64,000 bases of DNA, taken from the NCBI GenBank assembly GCA_964019335.1, contig OZ025662.1, positions 620,001-684,000 on the forward strand, in the 5' to 3' direction. This DNA comes from Diplonema japonicum. Its lineage: Eukaryota; Protista; Euglenozoa: Diplonemea. The notes under the pieces were generated by a model, which had not been told where the DNA came from, made no database searches, and saw only the letters and a list, made by a program, of their open reading frames with translations. Shown here one piece after another: positions 37,410 to 47,355 of the stretch; the stretch's first letter is position 1; each line of letters begins with the position of its first letter. A program made the translations under genes and the position numbers.

Positions 37410-38615
37410 ATGAGCGACGACGAAGCAGTTTCACAAGAGTGCACCATATGCCTGGAACCCTTGCAGTACGGGAATCTAGCAGTGCTTAAATGCGGCCACA
37501 CGTACCACTTGAAGTGCGTTGAGCAGCTAGTAGCATCGAACAAGGCAGCACACGCACGGGACAACAAGTGCCCGTTGTGCAACAGGATCTACACAGACTG
37601 GACAGCAGTCCCCGCGAACCGTTTGTTCCAAGGAAAGCGAGTGTGTGACGATACACTTCCGTCCACACCTGCAAACAACACCATTAAGCCACCAACCATG
37701 AAGAAGGTACTGGTCACAGGCAAGACATTCGACATCAAACAGAATTTAAAACAAATAGCATGGCACGGTCATGAATGCCTCAGCAGATGGGACGCAGCAC
37801 GCAAAGCATGGTGGGCAGAGACTAACCATCACGGAGCCGCCAAGCAAGCTATAAAACATGTTGTGGAAAGCCTTGGCTACGTCTGCGCGGTGGCGGAAAA
37901 CGAGGCTGATATCGTGATCAACGTCATGCTGGGCAGGGCGAACCTTCCTACCTTTGGAGGCACGCTGCCCCGACAGACCAGCACCGTGTCACTAGCAAGC
38001 CAGGAAACAGCTACAACAACTAAGGAAACAACTGCAAGCAACGACAGCAGGCCTGTATCACTAAACCCGTTCAGTGTCTCTTCTACGAAAAATGTAGGCA
38101 GCAGTGTAGCAGGGAGGAAACGACATCGTGAGTCAACACCACCTGATGACGGTGACGATGATGATGTGTATGAAGAACCAGTACCCTCAGAGGCCGAGAG
38201 CGACGACAGCGCTGCCGAGGGAAGCGACATTGAGATTCGGATACGGCACCTCCCTGAGGCAGATTCTGAAAAACTCGTTCTGGAATTCCGTGGCCTTTAC
38301 ATCAAGAAGTTCATGGACGAGAAATGGGGCAAAGCAAGCCGGGAGGACCAACAGCACGCAGCATCTGTCTTGAAAATATCCCCCACATACAGCGAGATGC
38401 GCAGGTGGGCGAAACGGATGTGCAACTCATCAATGGAGTCCGACTACAAGGACAGGGACCTCCGAGTCGCGCACTTCATGATCCATGGCTTCTTCCCTGA
38501 TCCCAAGGCGAGGAGTCTCGACCTCCTTGTCCACCCGGCAAACCTACCGAAGAAGAAGGTTCAGAAGAAAAAGCGGAAGTTGAAAAAATTGGTCATAGAC
38601 TCTGATTCGGATTGA
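37410..38615 (+). CDS. RING-H2 finger protein (putative E3 ligase)
   Basis: CTIC..CGHTYHLKC..CPLC at the N-terminus; basic NLS-like C-terminus. Confidence 0.85.
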   Translation: MSDDEAVSQECTICLEPLQYGNLAVLKCGHTYHLKCVEQLVASNKAAHARDNKCPLCNRIYTDWTAVPANRLFQGKRVCDDTLPSTPANNTIKPPTMKKVLVTGKTFDIKQNLKQIAWHGHECLSRWDAARKAWWAETNHHGAAKQAIKHVVESLGYVCAVAENEADIVINVMLGRANLPTFGGTLPRQTSTVSLASQETATTTKETTASNDSRPVSLNPFSVSSTKNVGSSVAGRKRHRESTPPDDGDDDDVYEEPVPSEAESDDSAAEGSDIEIRIRHLPEADSEKLVLEFRGLYIKKFMDEKWGKASREDQQHAASVLKISPTYSEMRRWAKRMCNSSMESDYKDRDLRVAHFMIHGFFPDPKARSLDLLVHPANLPKKKVQKKKRKLKKLVIDSDSD

Positions 38616-38830
38616 AAGGCTACTAACTTTTTTTTTTTTGGATCACCCCCCCTCCCCCCCGATGTGTTGATAAACGCCACTGTTAGATTCCTTTTTTTTT
38701 TAAAAGGTTTTTTTTGTTCAAGAATTAAAAAAGAAAAAAAAGAAAAAGAAAACGCACACACAAACAGGGAAAAGGTTGGAAAAGAAGAAAGGGGGGAAAA
38801 AAAAAAAAGAAAAAAATGCCCCAAAGTTGA

Positions 38831-39187
38831 ATGGGTACCCACAGCAGAGCTTGGTATTACGCGGGAGCAGTGGCAGGGGCGGGCATTGGCGTTGTGTCCC
38901 TTGTAAAATGTGTGAGGGAAAGGGAGCAGGAGAGAGTCCGGGTCGAGCAAGAGGAAGAGGAAGACGCCAGAAGGAGGTTGCAAGAAGAGGAAGAGCTGAA
39001 CGAACTGCTTAGTCCCAACGCTTCTGCAGCACCTCAGAGGCCTCAGCTGCCCATCAGCAGGCTCATGGAAGAGGCATCATCAATCGGTTCTCGGACCATT
39101 TGCAGCCATCTGCGACGAACCTCTAAAGCTCATGAAGCACCCTCTAGTTTTCGTAGAGTGAGCTCGGCGTCCTCCCTAGATGCATAA
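38831..39187 (+). CDS. Small hypothetical protein with an N-terminal membrane anchor
   Basis: Hydrophobic AWYYAGAVAGAGIGVVSLV followed by a charged helix; coding-like island between homopolymer spacers. Confidence 0.55.
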   Translation: MGTHSRAWYYAGAVAGAGIGVVSLVKCVREREQERVRVEQEEEEDARRRLQEEEELNELLSPNASAAPQRPQLPISRLMEEASSIGSRTICSHLRRTSKAHEAPSSFRRVSSASSLDA

Positions 39188-40466
39188 AACGCGCTGGAGG
39201 GACATGGGGGGGGAAAGAAAAAGAAAATTGATACCCCCTCCATTCTCCCCCCCCCCCCCCCCCCGTATCATTTTTTTGTTATGTTATTATTTTTTTTATC
39301 AAATAAAAAAAGAAAAGGTGTTTTTTTTTCGTTTTTTCTTTTTTTTTTTCATTTTTTTTTTCATTTTTTCATAGATAGCGCGTGGTAACGGTGAACTTTT
39401 TTTTTTCTTTTTTTTTTCTGGGAGACAACGGAGTTTGTTTAAAAAAAGAAAAAGAAAGATTCCTTTTTTTCCCAAAGGATGTTTATGAGGTGCTTTTTTT
39501 CTCTTCCCCCCCCCTTTTTTTTCCGAACAAATTAGTATAAAAAGGTTGCACGCAAGGCAATGTGTCCCCCCCCCCTTTTTTTCTTCGAAGCTTGGCACGA
39601 GGGAATAGGGGTACCGAACTTAGATGGAAAAAAGAAAAAGAAAAAAAAAACAGGAAGAGAAAGAAATGGATCAACAAGACTGAGATTCAGCGAGGCTTGC
39701 CAGAGCTCTAACATATGTATCATTTTATACTTGTATACAACCGAAAGAGAAGGAAAGAAAAAGAAATCTTCTTCTCCCCGCCCCTTTTATTAAGTTTCCG
39801 AAAGATTGACTTTTTTTTTTTGATAATTGCAATCAATACGGTTTTTTTCTTTTTGTTTCTTTCTTCCTAACACTTGCAACATTAGTTCACTCTTTGCCTG
39901 CAGAGGCCACCGCACAACGAGAAAAAAGAAAAACGAGAGAAAGAGTGAAAAAATAAAATGGCAGTGTTCACAAGCCGTGTGATGGAGAAGTTTTTTTTAT
40001 CCACCTCGCCATCTTCGATATTAAATTGGGCCCCCAAAAAAGAAAGAAAAAAAAAATGAAAACCCCTCCCCCTTTCTCTTTTTTCTGTATTTTGCATGGA
40101 TCGTGTGATCGGTTTTTTTTTATTTATTTTTTTTTTTTATGAGGGCCTCCCTGGCACGCTGGGAAAAGAATTGTGTACCGAGTTTCTTACGCCCCATAGC
40201 TCTAAAACCCGTCTGGTCAATCCTGAGCTTGATATAGAAGGAGGTTCGGGAAAATTTCTTAAAAGATCAGCGTTACTACACCGCCCCTCCCGTTGTAGAC
40301 GCTGTTCCTGGGAGGGCTCTTTCCAACAATCTCCTCTGTAAAATGCACAAAGTAATATCAAAGTCAGGTCAAAAGAAACAGATATCCGAACAGAGGGGTC
40401 TAAACGGGTTTTAGAGATGAACAGTTGAGCAACACTTCCCTGTATATTGAAAATTTTATCGATCCC

Positions 40467-40503
<37 letters not shown>

Positions 40504-40536
40504 TATTTTTATTATTTCTTCTTCTTTCTCTTCGTC

Positions 40537-40570
<34 letters not shown>

Positions 40571-40830
40571 ATTATTGGGGACTCACAAAAGACCTCCTTT
40601 TAACTCATATTTTTATATTCTCTGCGCTCGTTAGACGATTTCGTCAGACCATCTTATTCACCAAAAACCTCCTTTGATTTTCACCTTCAATATAGTATTC
40701 GTTGTTACGCGTAGCGCACACCTGGTTTGTTTTTGCGTCATTGTGCTGTTCGCTGCAGATCCCGGAGCGTCTCTTCATACGTTGCCTTAAGACACCCCCC
40801 ACATACAGAAGGGAGGGGCATAGAAGAAAA

Positions 40831-43800
40831 ATGTTGCTGCATCGATGGGCGGTTGCATCTTTATTAATACTTGTGGTTGCGGGTGACAGCTGTTTCTGCC
40901 CTGCGTCCTGCTTGGCCAACGAACATTTTTGCATGAACTCTGAAGGAGGCCAAGTGATTTCAAGTCCGGACCCTTTCACAAACCAGTGCGACAAATGCCT
41001 GCCTGGGTACAAAGGTGCTTCCTGCGAGCAGTGCACCTCCGACACCCAATGCCCAAACAAGGGCGAGGTTTGCTCCACAAGCGGGTCACTCCACAGCAGC
41101 CAAGTAGCATACCAGCAATGTAACCTGTACGACAGTGATATTATCGCTCTGCTCACTCCAAAGAACCACGACGTGGGTGGCATGGTGCAGATCACGTGGA
41201 GCAAGCACACAAACTGGACGAACGACAAGGCAGACGGAAGCATGCACTTCAAGTTTTTCCAGATAATCCAGGAATCGGACTACTACCACAATTATTTCAA
41301 ATGCAGTGCTGTGAACTGCAAGATGACCACTGCCATACGGAACAACGGTGAGGGGCCTCTCCACGATAAGATACGAAGGGAGCTCAGCACCGACGGGGGG
41401 TCCGGGTCCTCTCACCAGGAGCCCGACGCGCAAGCATCAAGGGAGCTGTCAACACGCTCCCTCGCCATCGGCGTCATGATCGCCTGCGAAGCTGTTGGCC
41501 TCCTCGTCCTTGGCTTCATCGGCAACATAGTTTTCAAACGCAACGGTGTCATGCTCGGCACTTTTTTGCTCAGTACCACCCTCTTAGCGCTTATCCTGTC
41601 GAACACGCTTGACATGTACTCGCAGGAGCGTGCCATCAGAGGCACCTCCGTGGAGAACAACGGCACTTACATCGAGGTGACTTATCGATGCGAAAACCCC
41701 GAGTGCTCCTGCTCCCCGCCCGACAACAGCTATAACGGCAGGCTGGGTCCTGAGTGCCCCAATTCCCCGTTCTCTGCCGACATAAAGGGATTGAAGGACT
41801 CTGTCTACTTCATCTGTGAGAACGGCACCAACGGGAAGTACGGCGGCCCCGACGGGTTTGGCTTGCAGAATCCGTGCATCTTCAAAGGCGAGGACCTCTT
41901 GGGTGGGGAGCCCATTCTGTTAGGGTGCCAGACTACGCAGTGCACCAACAACTTCGAGGAGATGGCTGTCCTTGGCGCCACAAGCTCCGGCAATGCAGAA
42001 CAGATCACCATCGCCATCGCTGTAATATGCAGCGTGCTAGCCTTCGTGGGCTTCCATTTCGTGTACAGCATGTGGGTTGCTCGGAGAGACATGGCTGACT
42101 GGCGTTCCAGGTTTCTGACGGCAGGTGAGCCAGAGTTCCAAGCAGCGTCGCCTTCCTACTCGCTGCAAGAGACAGGCGAGGCGAGCGCTGTTGTGGCGAA
42201 TGGGATCCGCTTGTCGGCTAGGCTGCTGTCGTACAGCATTGGGTCAGGTCGCAGCGCGAAGAAGATATTAAATAAGATCACTCTAGAAGTACCCCCTGGG
42301 GAGGCGATGGCCCTGATGGGGCCCTCGGGGGCAGGGAAGACCACGCTGCTCGACTTACTTGCCGGAAGGGACAAGTCGGGCATCATCACGGGGAGCATCC
42401 TCGTCAATGGCGAGACAGTGGTGGGCGGAAGGCTGCGGCAGAAGGAGCTCTACAAGGACATCATCGGGTACGTGTCGCAGGAAGACACGCTGATTCCCTC
42501 ACTGACAGTGATGGAGTGCATCATGTACTCGGCGAGGTTGCGACTGCCCGCAGGGATGCCGGACAAGGTGAAAAAGGCAAAGGCCGAGGACGTGATTGCA
42601 TCGTTGGGCCTCACACACTGCAAGGACAGCAAAATCGGAGGCCTGCGGTCACGAGGGATCTCCGGCGGCGAGAGGCGCAGGGTATCCATCGGGATGGAAC
42701 TGGTGGCCAACCCAAGAGTCTTGTTCTTGGACGAGCCGACGTCGGGCCTCGACTCTTACAACGCGCTGGTGGTGATGAAGACGATCTCGAACCTGAAGAC
42801 GGCAGGGTGCACCACGCAGTACGCGTCGTTCTTCAATTATCAACCGGCAATCGTGTTCTCGATCCATCAGCCGAGCAAGGAGATCTTTGACACATTTGAC
42901 AACCTGTTGTTGCTGTCGGAGGGCAACCTGTTGTACTGCGGGCCTGCGAGCAGCGTGCTGGACACATGTGGGAGGTTAGGGTACAAGCCGCCAGAGGGGA
43001 CAACAAACCCTTCGGACTACCTGTTGAAGGTGGCATCTACGCTGTCTTCGCATGAACGGTCGATGTTGGCCTCTGCTGCCATCGCAAGGCTGGGGACGTT
43101 GCGGGGGCTGGACAACGATACGCTGCACATGATGGACATGAACGCCTCAGACACGAGCAGCATTGGGTCCTGCCACTCGCTGGTCATGAATGACTCGCTG
43201 AACTCAGTCCCGCAGCTCACGTGCGATGTGCCCGACGGTGTCCCGTCGCCCCTCGTGCAGGCCAAGGTTAACCGGAAGTACTACCCTAACTTCTACCAAG
43301 AGCTCCAGATCGTACTCGGTCGTGGGTACCGCTCGCTCATTGGGTCGTACCACCTTGTTATGGGGCATATTGTTGTGACCATCCTCCTCTGCTTGATCTT
43401 GATGGGGTTTTACAGTAGAGAACCGTTGTCCCTTCCAGGTGTTCTGAACAGGGCGGGGTCGCTTTCCTTCACAATGCTGCTGCTCGGCTTCTCGTCTCTG
43501 TCCGCGTTGGAGCTCTTCGTCGTCGAGAGGGACGTGTACGTGAGGGAGAAGACGAACAAGTACTACGGCAGCCTGTCGTACTTCCTGTCGAAGATCCTCT
43601 TCGACGTCATCCCGTTACGTATCATCCCGCCTCTTATCCTGGGGTCCCTCACGTACAACCAGATGGGCATGCGCACGGTATGTAAAGGGCATGGACATGG
43701 GCATGGGCAATCACACATACACAACATAGGACGACCCGTCTCATTTCCTTCTCTTCCTTGTGGTGCTGGTGTTGTTTAATGTTATTACCGCGGGTATCTC

Positions 43801-44285
43801 GTTCTTCGCTGGTGTGTAGTGGAGGAGAAGAAGAAATTAACGAAATAAACACAGCGCTCGTAACACCTTCGTTTGGTTCCGGTGTACTGTTTGCAGCCCT
43901 GAACCTGTTGCTCTTCTTCGCCTTTAACCCCTTGATCGTCCAAGGTAGCACTTTGCCCTCTTACGTTTCATGGTACAAATTCGCCAGTCCTTTCTTTTTG
44001 GCGTTGGAAGTGCTGCTTGTTAATGAGTTGAAGGGGCAGCACTGCACTTTTGCGCCCACATCTGCTTCTGGTATGGTGAGAAGAATATAGTAAAAATATA
44101 TTAATTCCGCTGCAGGGGAACCTAGCGACCACCCGATCCCGCTTGCTTGTGAGCAGTATTTACTGAATCTCAGCCTCGACTTGGACAGAGTGAATTTGGA
44201 TTTGGCCTTGCTGATCTTCTATTCATTCTTCTACTATTTCATCTCCTGGGTGGCCTTGGTGCTCGTTGTACGAGAGAAACGATAA
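40831..44285 (+). CDS. ABCG half-transporter with a Cys-rich EGF-like N-terminal ectodomain (ADP1-like); introns 43678-43729, 43812-43854, 44071-44115
   Basis: Signal peptide, C.PGY.G..C, Walker A GPSGAGKTT, ISGGERRR, LDEPTSGLD and SIHQP; the spliced TM domain ends VREKR*. Confidence 0.92.
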
Positions 44286-45159
44286 AGTAAAAAAGAAGAA
44301 AAAAAAAAAAAAAAAAGAAGAAGAAGAAGAGTCGGTATACAAATCCTGAGATAAGTGCTGATGTCACCACATTTTTTTTGTTTTTGTTTTGTTTTTCAGA
44401 AACTGAGCAGTACTTGTTAAATACAAAAGAAAAAAAAAACGGGGAGGGGGAGAAATGAGAATAAGAAAAAAGTATTTTTTAAATGAGAATATAAGGGGAG
44501 TTGACGAAAATGATCCCCTCCTCCTCTTTGGTCATGGATCAGTAAACAAAGAAAAATGGTAGAATACACCAGTTGCGCAACCTATCTTGGAAAATTATGT
44601 TCTTCTTTTTGTGAAAAGAGAACGGTGGGCTGGGAAGAAAAGAAAAAGCAGGGAAAGCGGTTCCTTTTTTTCTTGGGACCGGGAGATAAAAAGAACGAAA
44701 TGAAAAAATCTTTTCTTAATTAAACTAAAATAAACGGGGGAAAGATGCAGAGGGGGGGACTTTTTTTTCCCGTTCATTACACATAGTTTCCATGATTTAT
44801 TCTTCGAAAAATTACGGTTTTATCGAGGGAGGAAAATCCCCCTCCCCCAGGAGAAAGGCGTAAGCAACTCCCTACAGCGCTTTTGTCCCCCCTCTTTTTT
44901 CTTTTCTGTACTTTATTGGTGTCCGACCGTGCCAATAAAGTCAATAGGTAATACGGTTTGAAAAGAAGAAAAATAGAAGAAGAGTAAAAGACGAGAAGAC
45001 AGAGGGAAGAATCAATAGAAAGCGAAGAACTAGGAAGACAAATCAAAAGAAGGAAGCGAAGGACGAAAAAGACTGGAGGATAAAATCAAAGCGAAGCGAA
45101 AGGACGAGAAGACAATAACAGAGAAGGTAAAAACGACAGAAGGGATAGGTCGAAGCAGG

Positions 45160-47355
45160 ATGGGGTTCCAAGACCTCTCACGAGCGCTGAAGGGGTTTGG
45201 CATGACGGTGGAGGCGGGGAAGGACTACACCTTGTACGGAGTGCTAGCAAAGAAGTTAGCGATGAAGAAGGCAGAGGTGCAGGGCATGGTCCTGCAGGAA
45301 CTGAGGCGGAACGAGGCGGAGTCACCCCACTCGTGGAAGGAGGAGACTTCGACGGCTTCTGTGTAGCACACAGCCGAGAAGGATCCGCCGCAGACAGCCT
45401 GTGCATCCAGGCCGCCGCAAGAGCACTGAAAGCCAACATTCATGTTGCAGTGCTTGCAGAGGGGTCCCTAGTAGTGCAGGTCGCTCAAGGCGGGAAAAAG
45501 AGGGTGCACATAGGGCACGACGGACAGGGAAGGTTCTGCTTTGTCGCTGAGCCCTTCGAAAAAGGGGTGCTGAAGACCGTTCAACGGAAGTTTGAGCTGG
45601 TGAAGGTGAGGATGCCAACGACTGACGGAGAACGCAAATCCTGGCGCACCCAGCAACAACAAGAAGAGAACGGCCCCAGTGAAGGAGGACGCCAAGAAAG
45701 TGTGGAAGCTAGAAAAGGACCAGTTTCAAGTCCCCTTCATCGAGATGGAGGACATGGCGAAGGGAATGGACGGCGTGGTGCTACTGTCTGAGGAGAGTTT
45801 GTTGAAGGTGCAGGCAATGAAATGGTCAGGGATCAAGGGGGTGCTCACGAAGCAAGGGGGGGACGGAAGGCTGGAAGTCGACATCGTCGTCAAGACGGCA
45901 ACCGAGTACAGCAACAAGACGATGTTCCTGACGGCGCTGAGCGGGAGAGTCGAGCTGGTTGCACCTACAGGCACGGTGGACATAGACCTGGGGAAGATGT
46001 TCGTCAGAGTCGCGAAAGAGCACGCCTCGCCAGAACTCTGGGAACGAATGGTGAACGGACCGCACGGCCAGCTGAGGAAGATGGGCTGCCGGGGCGTCCT
46101 GAGGGTAGACAAGCACCTGAACGGGGTACAACGAGTCGACGCGCTGGTAACGCTCCCGAAGGAAAGGCTGGCGGGGATGCTGAAGGACTCAGGGAAGGAC
46201 GGGGTCTTCCTCAAACTGAAAGACGGGAAGCTCGGGCCGGTTGCGTGGCTTCCAAAGGACACAACGCTGGACGTAGCGTTGGCGCAGGCAGAGGCGGAGG
46301 GTCTGGCGATGCGGGACGGTGACGGCCGCATCGGGATACGGACGACGGAGGAACGGAAGATCGCCATCCTCAACAAGGCGATGGGAGAGGGTGCGAGGCT
46401 GGAGGGCCAACACGGGGAGCCGACGTGGAAGCTCACCGGGCTCTACTCGGATTGCAGCGAACAGCACGTGGAGAGGATCACCGCAAAGATGGGATGGAAG
46501 GGAGTACCAGTCAGAGGCGGATGGAGCAACGGGACACGGTGCTGGTACATCAGAGGAACGAAACCTCCGACCGACAAGGTGAGGATCACGACCCCGACAG
46601 GGAAGATCCTAAACTGCAGAATCACGTCGGATACGTCGCCCAGACCGATGGCCACCTTAAAGTCACACCCAGGGCAGACATGGAGCAGAAAACAGTCCTC
46701 GCCAGCTGGGGCCAAGTCCTATCTGAACGCGGCAGCAGGGGTTGCTAAGACTACTCCCACCCCTAGCTCCAAGACTCAGGCAACGAAGGATTCGCCAGAC
46801 ACAAAGGGGAAGGTGCAAAAGAACACGTCGATGGAAGACCGTCTAGGTGCGATCGAAAAAGCGATTCAGAAACTCTCCGGCAGACCACTCAAGAAACCAA
46901 AGGAGTCGTCGGAGGTCCTGAAACTGAGAAAGGAAAATGACGAGCTACGCCAGGAGGTACGCCAACTACAGCAGGCGATGACGGAGCTAACAGCCCAACT
47001 GAAGGTATTCGTGAAGCAGGGGCAGAGGTCGGAAGAAGCATGCTCCCCGCAGTATGGCACGGAGATGGAAGGAACAGAAGATGCTGAGTCTAGTTTGGGA
47101 CCACCGCCTACGGGGACGGATACGGACATTGAAACTGAAGGGGGAGACGGGGACGAGGAACTGTTGGAGGAAGGAGACCTTACCATTTGCGTGACAGGAA
47201 AGACGCACGTCTTCAACGGCACGTACTCGACCTGGAGGGGAGCAGTGTGCAAGATATGCGATGAAGGGGTGCACAAGAAGAACCAGGCCCAACAATGCAT
47301 AATAAACGAGTGCAGGACCACCGTGTGCCGTAGTTGTATGGAAGGCGGGTGGTGA
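45160..47355 (+). pseudogene. Element B ORF1: OTU-like domain, Gag-like core, coiled coil and C-terminal Cys/His finger; frameshifts near 45325 and 45650
   Basis: ORFs 45160, 45333 and 45679 are collinear; C-x5-H..CKIC..C..C..CRSC at the C-terminus. Confidence 0.75.
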
